This document shows, in pieces, positions 22,746 to 35,369 of a stretch of DNA of 64,000 bases. The notes under the pieces are model-generated. The model had not been told where the DNA came from and searched no databases. It saw nothing but the letters and a program-made list of their open reading frames with translations. Made by a program: the position numbers and the translations under genes. Source of the DNA: Mytilus edulis (Eukaryota); assembly GCF_963676685.1 (NCBI RefSeq), contig NC_092354.1, positions 67,456,001 to 67,520,000 on the forward strand. Direction: 5' to 3'. Numbering within the stretch: position 1 is the stretch's first letter; the number at the start of each line of letters is the position of its first letter.

Positions 22746-25316
22746 TATCTGGAGACAAAGAGGCATTCATTTTAAGATTTAAGACACTGCATATGAGATG
22801 TACCCCTACCAGTAGAGCGCAAATAGCTTTAAATAAGATTCAGTTGTAGAAAACTTAGATAGCATTACCCATATCAAATCAGGGACAGTTCTTCGTATTG
22901 CGAGGAATGGAAACTATTCTTTCTGGTTTTGTGTCAACTCACAAGAGTTTTAAAAACATCACTCTGCCCATGGAAGTATTGTTTTGACTCCAACGAAAAA
23001 TTAGCACATTCCCATCCCACTTATTTCTTTAAGAAAATAAAAGGTTCCGACTCAGTTTGCCAAGTACGTGATAACTCCTTTGTGGGGTATCTGTGATGCC
23101 GCCTACGCCTGTTCTTTTAACTGAAGCTGGTCTTATCACGTGATTTGATATCGATTGTCTTATCTACCTACCAATGTAAATAAACACGGAAACTCCCGTG
23201 GTTATTTGTGAATCGCCACATGAATAACAACACCTGTGTCCGTTCAATAAAAAAATAACAAAGCTGAAAGAACGAAAATCGGTCCATATTTAACAGAATG
23301 ACATAAGAAAATGAACTGCATTCGGAAAGAGGGCAAACTTATTTTTAGTTTTTTTGAGTATGTTTTAATCATTGGAACTTAGAAATCGGGAAATATCCTA
23401 TTATGAAAATTACATGATTCTGAAGAAGAGTGATTGCAGAAAATAATGTGATGTGCGTGTAGTGTGCCAGATGGTGCCAGATAACTCAAATTTTAAGTTA
23501 AAGATTGTCAACTTTTATCGAGTAAAAACCAAATATTTATGGTTTTCTCTATCGTAAAATATCGTAAAATGTTATTAACTTATTTATCAAATATGTTTTA
23601 AAGACTAAAAGAGGTTAATAATTACACGTATGTGATGACCTCTATACATAGCAATATCAGGTTACGAGACATGCAGATGAATTGTTACACCTTTACAAGC
23701 GATAGCCTTTCAAAAAGCGCTAAATTCGACTCTTAGCTGATGAAAATGGAAAGAGCTTTCGCTTTGTAGATTAATTTATTTACTAGAATAGCCACGTGCA
23801 TCAATCAACAAATTTTACCACACACGTGAGGTCACACGTTATGAACTTGTAGTATCGTTTAACGTTGTTGTTTACTCCAGAAGATTCGTCTATTTATAGA
23901 TAAAAGTTACCTTTGTAAAATCTAATGGCTAAAATAGAAACGACAAATCCGATACTCTACGGGATTGAAGGACATTTACTTGGTTTGGATTGTCCTAACC
24001 AATTAATCAATTTTAATTATTCACTTCTCGTGATATCTTCCAATCAGGTAGCAAGAAAAATTCACGCCCTTAGTGTCCATCGTTCAATTCTTAATCTCGA
24101 CTCCTAGGAGTCGAGAATGATAATTCCAAAGTTGTGAACAACCTTAAATATTCAACCTAGTCGGAGATTACTCTGACGTCTGACAGATTTATGTTTACGG
24201 ATGGCTTTAAATATTTCTGGATGCATTTAAAGAACGATCACTATGATGGGCCCTAAGCAGTTTAATTTTTTTTTATCATGGAAGCCAAATTAGAATTTAT
24301 TTATGTGTTAAAAAGCCTAACAGTTCGGAAACATTTTACACCGTTTGCTAAACAATTTATGTTTTTGTTTCTGTTTCTTGTTTAATTGTATGAAATATTT
24401 GCCATTGGACTTTCAGTAAACAATAAATCAAAATATTTGATATTTTTTCGGATCAAAGCTCTTTAACCCCGTACCCCCGGCCAACTTTTGGATTAAATTT
24501 TTGTTGGAAATTCTTTCATTAAACACTTCATTAAAATATTTGTCAAAGTTATCAGTAAAACGCGATAATAATTATTCATAAAAACTTTCCGTTTACTTTG
24601 TAAACATGAGAATTTAAGATTTTTAAGCCTAACATGTAACAGTTACGCGTGTTTAACTCGCCCTGTCATGAATACTAATCTTACTATTTTAAAATTGGAT
24701 TGCAACTTAAACTGAAATGTTTATGGCTTGTGAGTATTTTTACTCTTCAGTGTCATTTCCTTGACAATTAAGTACACATCCGGTTATTTCGGTATGTTCC
24801 GTAATTACGATCATTCACGAGGTTCCAAAAATTTGATCGGAACCCATGCATCCACAAGACATGTCGAGTTAATTAACAGATACTTAACGATTTTGCGGCA
24901 CCGCACTATAAACGTTTGAAGTCTGCTTGTTGGAGTTCCTGTCAATATAATACTTCCATGCTCTGCCTAAATAGACTTTAATTATTCAAATGGTTAATTA
25001 AAAAAATTATTTCGAAACCAGGATAAACTTTAAGTTTAAAAGGCCAAATAAAGTATGAAGTCAAAGAGAATTGTTGACCAAATAATTCAAACGAATTTTC
25101 CAAATACATCTAAGTAAATCATAGTTTATTGTAAACAATAAGTTGCAGATTTTTTGTTGAATTTATGTGTACCGAAGACTTTAATAAGTTTTCCCGAGTT
25201 TACTTGCTGCACTGAACAAAATTAGACATTCTAGATTTCGTTACTTTTGAATTTAATCATTTATTTTTGACTGAAACAAATAGTTTAAAAAAATGCTGCA
25301 ACCATTAAATACCAAA

Positions 25317-25320
<4 letters not shown>

Positions 25321-25374
<54 letters not shown>
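25321..25374. repeat. (TA)n microsatellite, probably the tail of the adjacent SINE
   Basis: Perfect TA run of 54 bp. Confidence 0.97.
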
Positions 25375-25376
<2 letters not shown>

Positions 25377-25533
25377 TACGTCTGAGTCAGTGACAACCCT
25401 ACAACAGATGTATCCATACATGGCTGTGTACATAATGTATATACAACTCGTCTAAACATCAACCCAACAATGTTAGATCTGTAAATTTGCTTTCGCAAAT
25501 TTTTGGTTCTTCCCTCGCCGGGATTCGAACCCA
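25375..25533 (-). mobile_element. tRNA-derived SINE fragment, 5'-truncated
   Basis: Pol III B-box GGTTCGAATCCC on the minus strand (about 25520-25531); body ends in (TA)n; no cloverleaf. Confidence 0.6.
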
Positions 25534-25540
25534 TATACAC

Positions 25541-26326
25541 TAAAGTGCGATGGTCTGCGAAAGTAAAGACGTAACAAACGTGCTATGGACTATGACGTCA
25601 ACAGTCGTTTATACAAAAAAAAAATACATGGAGAAAAACAAATGTACAATATTTGATAAACACCTTTAAACCAAATGACGATGACTTACTTAATTCAAAC
25701 CTAACCGTGCTTTGTCGGCTAAAGCAAATGTGTGTTTTTTTCCCGGGGCTGAAGGAAGTACTTGTGTCCTACAGTCGACCATCGTACTATACAGATACAA
25801 AAGTATATGCTTTAGTTTCTTTTATCTTGTTTTTATTACAAGCTAACGGAATTTATTGAAAATTAAAGTCGGTAAAAACAAAGGTACATGTTTTCATGCG
25901 TAAATCATAAATAAGGGCAGATCTTTACATAAGGGATATACTACATGTGCAAGCTACGCTAGTTATCAAAATATTTGATACGGCCGAATTTAGAAAAAAT
26001 CACACACAGGATATATAGATTTTTGTCACATCTAAATAACCATTTTAACAATTATCACGGAGCCAGTCTTTTACATTCAGAAGCATTCACTTAAGCGTAC
26101 CGGTACATTATAAAGCCTATCACATATGTTATAAAACCTTAGAAACTAGCTTTTGCAAAAAGACTATTTATTAACATCCGTGTTCGTTAAAGTTTTAAGC
26201 CCTTTAACATTACCCTTTTTGTCCATCGCAATTTAGCGTGATATTCCATCGTACTTTTGCAAGCAAACAATTATCGCACTTAAGCGTGATACACCATCGT
26301 ACTTTAGCGTAGACCATCGCACTTTA
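25541..26326. mobile_element. MITE-like element with 19-bp inverted termini
   Basis: TAAAGTGCGATGGTCTGCG ... CGTAGACCATCGCACTTTA (1 mismatch), with subterminal ccatcg(c/t)acttt repeats. Confidence 0.55.
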
Positions 26327-27445
26327 TAGTCCGCCATATATATATACATGTAGTAATGTATTTTTGAAAAAAAAGTACCACAAAAGCTTTAATTTAACCT
26401 ATTTGAATATCAACAGATAGTAATGCTAATATTGATGCTAAATCAAACTAAAAGACCTGCTATTAACGATACTTATCTTATTTGATGATTTTTATAGTCG
26501 CATTTGGAATCGTACAGATCATTATGACGTAAATGATTTTTAACAATTTGTATAATCATAATGATGACTTTAATCAATTGTTACTTTAGGTAATGATCAT
26601 GGTTCTAGATAGCGCACTTCTCCTAATAATTATGTAAAATTATTTGGTAAGTAAAACGTAGTGTTTTAGTTGTTGTAAAATTAACAAATCGGAAGAATAA
26701 TTTCTGATGGAGAAGATACGTTTTGATTATTGTTGATATTGCGACAAGTTCAATAAACATGATGTTTGAAATTAAAGATGTCGAAGTGTTATGATTATTT
26801 AGATATTTACGTTCATTATTTCTTGAGTTCAATAGTTATATACTAAATACACAAGTACAGGTAAATGGGAACATGGACAATTTTTAAGTGTTTGAAAGTG
26901 ATTAGTGTACACATATTTTATTCATTAAATTCGGGTAAAGTAATGTACACAAATAGGCATTTACATAATAATACGAGTGAAATAATTAATAGGATCTAGG
27001 AACAAGCTGTTAGCTTATATTTCTCCGTTTCCTTGAAAGTGTTTGAACTATTTGGGGAGTATATGCTTATGTTTACGTTTATTACGAAAAGAATATATGC
27101 AAATTGTGTAGATCAAAACAATGTGGTTGTTATAGTAGATAATATAAAATATAAAATAACAAAAAAAACAAACCACGAGGAAAATGTAAATAAAGGCAAC
27201 AGTAGTATACCGCTGTTCAAAACTCATAAATCCATGGACAAAAAACAAAATCGGGATAACAAACTAAAACTGAGGGAAACGCATTAAATATAAGAGGAGA
27301 ACAACGACACAACATTAAAATGTAAATTGTACAGTAAAACGGAAATGCCGTTATCGAATGGCTAAATTAAATAAACGAATTGATAATAACAGTAATATAA
27401 TATGTAACAAATATTTTTGTAAAACCTTGTATGATCATAAAACAT

Positions 27446-27641
27446 NNNNNNNNNNNNNNNNNNNNNNNNNNNNNNNNNNNNNNNNNNNNNNNNNNNNNNN
27501 NNNNNNNNNNNNNNNNNNNNNNNNNNNNNNNNNNNNNNNNNNNNNNNNNNNNNNNNNNNNNNNNNNNNNNNNNNNNNNNNNNNNNNNNNNNNNNNNNNNN
27601 NNNNNNNNNNNNNNNNNNNNNNNNNNNNNNNNNNNNNNNNN
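27446..27641. other. Assembly gap (196 N)
   Basis: Run of N. Confidence 1.
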
Positions 27642-28471
27642 ATTGGGGAATATTGTCCAGAGTAGAATTTTATATTGCACGAGCTTGCGAGTTCAATATA
27701 TGTTCTGCAAGGGACAATATTCCACAATATGTGTACAAGTGCCCTATATTAATATCATTATAATTATTATTATTATTTTTATTATTTTTATAATTTTATT
27801 ATCATTATACATTGCAATTTTTGTGCAATAACCCTTTTATTGTATAGCAATATAATATTTGAAAGTAATTTTTTCGGACTGTGGAATAAAACAATTACTG
27901 TCTTTTGTTTTGGTAAATATGGGGTTTTATTGACTTTTGAAAAACTGATATTCACTTCGGCCGTCGGCTTCAGTGAATATCATTTTTTCAAAAGTCAATA
28001 AATATCAAGTGTTAATAATTCATAAAACAAAAATAAAGTGTTTAGAGTTCTAAACGAACATGACTATTTCAGATTTATCAATATTTCTGATCATATTTAG
28101 CATTGTTCTCAGTCGGAACATCCGGTTAGATTATCAACTATTCAAACTCATAAACTGACGATTTTTACTGCAAGTACATTGTTAATTGTACATGTGATAA
28201 TATTAGTATACTTATGTTTGCTTCGTGGAGATGGGAGTTATAATAGTCTTATTACTTGCTAACTGATGACTATTAATATTGTAATGACAGTAATTGATGA
28301 ACATTATTGTATATTAATTATAGGATTATTTCATAATACACTATATATATCTCAGTACAGTGTGAAATCATAACTACAAGTAACTAGATAAAGTGATACA
28401 CTTTTTGCTGGATAATTTACTGTTTCAATATGTATGCGTGATATCGTTACATAGGCAGTTGTAGTAACAAA

Positions 28472-28948
28472 ATGGAGAAAATACGCTACATTTCAAATAG
28501 AGGTGTAAGACACGAATTGTCAGATCAACTTTTAGGAAGAATTCGTGAAAGTAACTCTGATGCTGCTGACCATATCAGTTCCACAATTAAGGATGATTAT
28601 AATTGTATGGACTTTAAATTCAATAGACACACAACGTCTACCAACAACATATTTGATTATTTTAAAGGAGGAAAACTACATATGCCGACAGACATATGTC
28701 CGCAGAAATTCTCTGAAGAACTTGATTTTTGGGGTTTACCAGAAACTGCATTAGAAATGTGTTGTTTCACAAAATATGTTTCCTATTTTGATAACTTAAA
28801 CATTTTGAAAGTTTTAGAAGAAGGGGAATGTAAAAGAAATACTATGTTTGAGACAGTAGCGACGTTGACCAGAGGACACGGATGGAGGTCTATTCAAGCG
28901 AGAGTGTGGTCTGTAATGGAATATCCTACTTCATCTATTTCAGCCAAG
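28472..28948 (+). CDS. Divergent Shaw/Kv3-like voltage-gated K+ channel subunit A, exon 1 (T1 domain)
   Basis: GKLHMPTDICPQKFSEELDFWGL..ALEMCC matches HX5CX20CC; VWSVMEYPTSSISAK|gtaaaa is a phase-0 donor. Confidence 0.9.
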
Positions 28949-30512
28949 GTAAAATATGTTATGACAATTACTTTTAATTATTTTTTATAAAAATGTATAT
29001 TTGAGACAACAAGATGAAATTTCCAATTGATTCTTGATTACTGAACGTCCATTGCCGAGTATTTCATGAACATTCAGGATTAGACAGATGAAAAAAAAGG
29101 TTACAATATAGGCAGAACAGGATAAATGGTGGGCTTTTTTTTCTTACAATGTAAATTTACGGTATGTGGATATATTTGCCTTAGCTTGAGACGTGCCACC
29201 TGTGGACTCTTAGAAAGATGTTGTTTGTCTTCCTTTACATTTGCAGATCATGGCGATATATTTAAAGATGTAAGAAAACGAGGTAAAAGTGTCAATATGA
29301 CAACTATCTATCTAAGTCATAATTTGTAAAAGTAAACCATTATAGGTCAAAGTATATACTTCAACACGGAGCTTAGGCTCACGCTGAGCTGATCTACATA
29401 AATAATGCTTTGATGAGTGAAGCGTGTTTCTGATACACCCCTCTCCTATCCATTTTCCGGCAATTGAAATCGACAAACTATTGTTAAAAAAGGTAATCAA
29501 ATACAAATTCGTGGGCCACTCCGTGGTCAGCGATTACCTTATGTTAAAATTTAACCTTTAAGCTGCTACGAAAAATGTAACGATATGTAAACATCTTTTA
29601 CAAATTAAATTTCAGATGCATAGCATGCTTAATTTGTAACATATAATTACAAATGCATAATCACAAGGTATTCGATTATATAAATGTATATGTCTTAGTA
29701 AATACAAAGTTTATACATATCGACACCTACTATTGCAGGTTTTATTTTAATAGCTTTATATATGGTGTTTATACAACGTCTTCATTTTTTAATAATTTAT
29801 TGTTCAATAAGAAGTACAAAACTGGCAAATTTGAAAACGTAACCATTCAGACGCATGTTACCAAAATATCAATGAAAACTTATAGTGCTAACAAAAATGA
29901 CAAAAATAGTGACAAATTTCTGATGTTTAATGGCTGCGAAAATGCAAGAGATAAGTATCACTGACGGATAAACGAAGGCATGACATGAAAAAGTATTTCC
30001 AAGTTTTTACTATCACATTTCATTGGATATTGAAAAGCATTTTGATTTTGTTAGAGAGAAAGCTCATACTCTAGCTTTTAAATAAAATGGGTTATTCGGA
30101 AGTTGTTCGTATCAAATGGGTTATTCGGAAGTTTTTCGTATCAAATGAATTACATCGTATTAATTTGGATGCATTTATTTTCGTGGATATCAATTTTCAT
30201 GGATTGCTGAAAACATGCATATTCGTGGATATCTAATTTTGTGGTTTTGCAAATCTCTATATACAATGCCTTTTGCAAAAATCTTATTCGTTGAACATTT
30301 GAATTCGTGGTTTACCTGTACCCACGAAACGAACGAAAATTAGTATTCAACAAATAATAATGAATCCACAGTAATGTTAAAATATAGAACAAAACAATTA
30401 CCAATACTACATTGAGAGTAAATAACTACTCGTTAAACATTTACTAGTCTTTTATTGATTCACATCATTACAGAAACAAAATAGAATACATTGATTTGAT
30501 GAATCATTACAG

Positions 30513-31713
30513 CAGGGGTTAAGAAATTTTGTTAAAGCTCACTAGCCCAGGACTTATTGGTAGCAGGATTTTACTAGCCCTCTTGAAAGAATTAATAGCC
30601 CAACAAAACTGACCTACTAGCCCGAGTATGCCGTTTCCTGCAATAAAAAATGAACTCTATAAACTTCACAATTTTTATCCACTTGTACAGTGGATTGTTT
30701 TGCAAATTGGATACATAAAACTTACAGCAATAAATATCCCATTAGCAGATATTATATTCAATTCGCTAAATATACTGTAATAATGACTTGCTCAAATCTC
30801 GAGATGGTACAAGTCTTGACCACTTCTATACATGGTAAAAAGCATGCCTGGCATAAAAGGATTGGAGTAATTATTATCAGATATATCATCATTTTTGTGT
30901 AAAAGAAATATTAGCTGGTTACATATTATGATCATACTTGTTTTCAGTTTTAAAAATTCGATTTATTAAAATAAATCAAATGACCATAAATATATATGTG
31001 AATAAATATCACCATCCATACTTTGTGTCTCTTATTAATTTTATAAACGAAGTACAGTTATATCCATGGTAAGCTAATTGTGCGCTATTAATACTCCAAA
31101 CTAAGCACAGTCGCTAAACTGAAATTGTATTTGTTGTAAATTTTATTTCTTTAAAAATCAAATTCATTTGAATATCAATGAAGATAATCATAATAATAAT
31201 GATGAAATATTATTGCATCAAGTTTAAGTTTTCTGAAGACTGTCAATGTATAGGTCATGGTTCTAGAGGCTTCTTCACAGTATGTAAAAAGAACAAAATG
31301 GCTACCATAACATTTGCACATTTTACAAATTTATATCTGACAAAAGTCAGGTGTCTGCTGTTAAAAGCGGTTCACATTTATATTTCAATAAATTATTCAG
31401 AAGGAGGTACAATCTGCTTACATTATATTTCTCTGGTAGCATAAGCAATGTACAATACCCCTGTACTGAAAAATCGATATTGAAAGTACGGGATCCTACA
31501 AAATCAGTTCAAATTCTGGGATTCCCAGATGACGTAGTCGAATCTGATTGGCTAAGATATAATAGTGATAAGGGGATTTTCCACTTTATATTTCGGAAAT
31601 GCCAAGAATTTTTTGTTACTAGTCCGTCGGGCATATTGGGTTACAAGTTTTGGTTGCCCGTGGCCTCAATATTGTAGTCCCGGGTGTCGGGCTAGTGGAT
31701 TTTTTAACCCCTG
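30513..31713. mobile_element. Non-autonomous hAT-like element in the intron of Kv gene A
   Basis: TIR CAGGGGTTAAgAAAT...ATTTtTTAACCCCTG; subterminal ctagccc repeats; flanks attacag/attacaa (imperfect TSD). Confidence 0.7.
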
Positions 31714-33159
31714 ATTACAACAAAAGAATTGAGATAATTGTCAGTGTAAACTTTTCATCAAAACAAAATGACATGAATTGACATAAACAATGAGTTATTA
31801 TGAATATGATATATTGATTTCGGTCTTTTGATAATTGTATTTCAATGAATTATTTATTATATTTATATACTAGTGTAATCTGCCTGTTTAAAGAATAACT
31901 GTAACGATATTTTATTGTGTGTAATATAAAACAATTAATTGTATATCGATTCCCTATTGGGTATCTGAAATCAATATGATTGTCTTACTTGTTTGTGGCC
32001 AATCTTTGTCAACCAGCAACTAACGAAAGACCAATTTAGTATGAAGTAAACAACAAAACATACTTTATTTATTGATTGATTATAATTTGTTTCTATTTTT
32101 GAGTAAATTTGAGTAGAAGTTAGCTGTTTTTTTTCAAAGTATAGTTATATTATTACGTTTGGGTTTTTCTATAGAGCATATATTACAAGAGAGTTGAACA
32201 CTTTAAAGAAATAATTAAACTCATTTTTTCGAAAACGAATGGATAGTTGCTAAAAAACACAACACTCAACACAATATACAAAACTACAGACTATACAGAG
32301 CATACAGAGCTATACGAACTTCATTCAGGGTTAATAGCAGATGCATTGGAAGAATAAGCAAATCCTACTAAATATGAGGCACCTGTCGTGTTGGTTAGTT
32401 ACGTTAAAAAAGGCTGGATTTTGGTAACGAAATTCAGAATATATCAATCCTCATTTTTCGATCAGATATTGTATTAATGTCAACGAATTCCTTAAAAGTT
32501 TCAAAGCAACGACTTTAACTTAATCACTTGAAACTTTTACTTTTAACACCTGCTTGTAAACAAGAAAGCTGTATCAAGTACATTAAGATCAGAAATGCAA
32601 GCATTGCAATATCTTGAAAACATATTTTCCAAATGCAGCCGCTGCCTGATATGTTATATGTACAGATTTATTAAAATAAGGATGTGATCTAGAATATCTC
32701 ATTAATTCTGCTTCTGCCAGGTAATGGTCACAATCAACGGACTGATCATACTGCAATGCATTGACGGCATCGAGACCTTTGTATGCACAGAAGGGTTTAA
32801 GAAAGTTTGCATGTCCTCTTCATATTTTCCAATGCGAACAAGTATGTAGAAGAAGATTTCCATAATTCTATATGATAGCTGTAAATGTGTATTAATTTTT
32901 AAAAGTGATTTCCAAACGCAATTCTACAGTGATTGCAGAAAATCATAATCAATTTGTCTTTTCAATAAAATTGTTCAAGAATCTTACAAAGTCCTGTATG
33001 ATATTTCAAATATTATAGTCGTGCTTCTATGAATAATTATAAAAGTACATTGTAAATAAAGGAAAAATCAAAACGAAAAATAAATACTGTAAAAAAAGCT
33101 CAAAAGACATTCTGTGATTTAATGTTATAATTAACAGGTTTTCTATTTTCTACATTTAG

Positions 33160-34020
33160 GTATACCTATACTCCAGCAATGCCATTGTCCTGCTGTCTTT
33201 GTTTCTACTGGTCAGCAGTACACATCCGTTATTTAGAAGGAAATTAACAAAAGATGAATGGTATGATTACTTCACATCAGAGGAAGAGGAACTGTTTGAC
33301 GATTACTGGTTTAATGAAACACATTACGACACAGCAGTAATACTACCAAGACATGTTTACGTTGAAATCGATGCTTTTTGGTATCTCAAAATAATAGCAT
33401 TGGTGTACTTTACAACTGAACTTATCTGTAAACTTATAGTGTTTCCTTTGCCGTGGAGGGAGTTTATTACGATTTTAAACTTCAATGACGTTTTGGCCCT
33501 GGTTGTAATGTATACCACGCTCATTGTTAATCAAGTGAATCCTAAAGAACAATATAAAGATTCTGTACACGATGCCGTGCATTCACTGCAGATATTCCGA
33601 GTCTGTCGATTGTTCAGGTTGGTACGGCACATCACTGGATTTAGAATATTGATGTACGCGCTACGAGCTAGTATTGGAGATCTATTAGTCATGCTGCTAG
33701 GTTTGTGTACAGCTGTTTTATTGTTTTCGTCTCTCGCCTACCACTCGCAAGATTCTGCCTTTTCAACTATCCCTGACGCAGCGTGGTGGGCTATTATCAC
33801 TCTAACGACAGTTGGGTATGGAGATATCTACCCGACAACTATCCAAGGCAGGGTAATTGCTTCAATATGTGCAATCACTGGGGTGTGTCTTTTTGCTCTT
33901 CTGATACCAGTATTTGTTAATAATTTTCTCTTATTTTCCTCTCATTATGCTGGAATTGAAAGACGACAGACTTTAAAGGAACAACTGTTGACTAGACAAA
34001 CATCAGTGTCACCAAAATGA
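33160..34020 (+). CDS. Kv subunit A, exon 2 (S1-S6); total 445 aa
   Basis: tttag|GTA in frame. S4 LQIFRVCRLFRLVRH; pore WWAIITLTTVGYGDIYP; S6 GVCLFALLIPVFVNNF. Confidence 0.93.
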   Translation, partial: VYLYSSNAIVLLSLFLLVSSTHPLFRRKLTKDEWYDYFTSEEEELFDDYWFNETHYDTAVILPRHVYVEIDAFWYLKIIALVYFTTELICKLIVFPLPWREFITILNFNDVLALVVMYTTLIVNQVNPKEQYKDSVHDAVHSLQIFRVCRLFRLVRHITGFRILMYALRASIGDLLVMLLGLCTAVLLFSSLAYHSQDSAFSTIPDAAWWAIITLTTVGYGDIYPTTIQGRVIASICAITGVCLFALLIPVFVNNFLLFSSHYAGIERRQTLKEQLLTRQTSVSPK

Positions 34021-34135
34021 AGAAAAAAAAATAAAGAAAGTTGTGTGATTATTATATTGGGTGTATTTTATTTTCGTGGATTGAGGAACCCCTGCATTAT
34101 TGTGAATATTAGATGTCGTGGTTATGATCAAGTCT

Positions 34136-34212
34136 CAATCGTTACAACTCGGCCGATTCCGTACCTCATCAAACGAAGGAGAGTAGAGGAGTCACACGAG
34201 GATTGCCGATTG
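34136..34212. mobile_element. 77-bp miniature insertion with 10-bp TSD
   Basis: GATCAAGTCT on both sides (34126-34135 and 34213-34222); ends CAATCG...CGATTG. Confidence 0.65.
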
Positions 34213-34801
34213 GATCAAGTCTGCAAACAAACATTTAGTTCTTCTGTCCGTTATTGAATACTCAAATTGGAAGTTAGGTTTAATTCCTCAATCCATGAAA
34301 ACAGTTACAAATGAATAACAACGAAACCACAGTAGTTCGGAGTTAATATATATTGATTCGTGTTTTATTGAAAATTGTTTTATTCTTATACATTATATAT
34401 GGAATATATAATATGAAAATTATTGTCACATGTCATTTGAATCTATTACTGGTAATTTCAGACATTTTACCTGTATGTTGGTACTAAGCTATAAAAAGAT
34501 GGGGTAGAAGTGCCAATTAGACAACACTGCATCCGAGTCACAATTCATAAAAGTAAAGCAATATAGGTCGAAGCCAAACCAAATCAGACAATTTTCCATC
34601 AGAAACTAAAATACTAAGAAGTAAACAACTATAGGTCAGTGTACTACCTTCAACAATGAGCAAAGTCCATACTGCATAGTCAGCTATAAAAGGCCTCGAT
34701 ATGAAAAATGTTAGCTGTATTTGGCACAACTTTTTGGAATTTTGGATCCTCAATGCTCTTCAACTTTGTACTTGTTTGGCTTTATAAATATTTTGAGATG
34801 A

Positions 34802-34845
34802 GCGTCACTGATGAGTCTTAGGTAGACGAAACGCGCGTCTGGCGT
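34802..34845 (+). ncRNA. Minimal type I hammerhead ribozyme (intact core) within a retrozyme-like fragment (about 34711-34878)
   Basis: Stem I GCGTCA/TGGCGT; CTGATGA; stem II GTCT-taggt-AGAC; GAAA; stem III AC-gcgc-GT; cleavage triplet GTC ending at 34839. Confidence 0.85.
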
Positions 34846-35369
34846 ACTAAATTATAATCTTGGTACCTTTGATAACTAATTAAACATTTCGAACCAAACA
34901 ATAACGGTCAGGTCTATGTAGAAAAAACAACGCAGGAAGTACAAATGTGATACATAGCTACAGACCACACGTGGCAAGGTATATTTGCATCCCTACAACA
35001 CAAGAGACACATAATATATATTTAAGGTATCAAGGTACTGATAAGATCCACATGTACATGTATTTGCACCTACATTTATCTCCAGTTTTGTGAAAATGGT
35101 TTCTAATTTTAGTTTCAAAATATCATCATGTACATGCTAAAATTAAGTATAAACACTAATAAAGGATACCCCAAAAAAAAATCGAAATCGAGCTCCAACA
35201 TTGAACTCAAAAACCTATAGAAACACATGCAAGCAATTCATATATACCAACTTAATATATACTTCCCGTTAGTTTTAATTGATAAACATTTGTAATATGG
35301 GGTTCTTTTATAGCAGTCTTTGCGATATGGATTTTGATCATTGTTGAATGCCATACTTTGACCGATCCC

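Noticed and set aside
25005-25125. Additional hammerhead ribozymes (also near 8525 and 56250)
   Set aside because: Only degenerate pieces of the retrozyme-like repeat remain; no CTGANGA/GAAA core is visible.
25490-25535. tRNA gene
   Set aside because: Only a B-box/T-arm is present with no cloverleaf; it is a SINE head remnant.
27358-27831. ORFs spanning the N run
   Set aside because: Artefacts of translating through the assembly gap.
34136-34212. Hammerhead on the minus strand of the 77-bp insert
   Set aside because: TTGATGAG is present, but the C of CUGAUGA and the GAAA box are missing.
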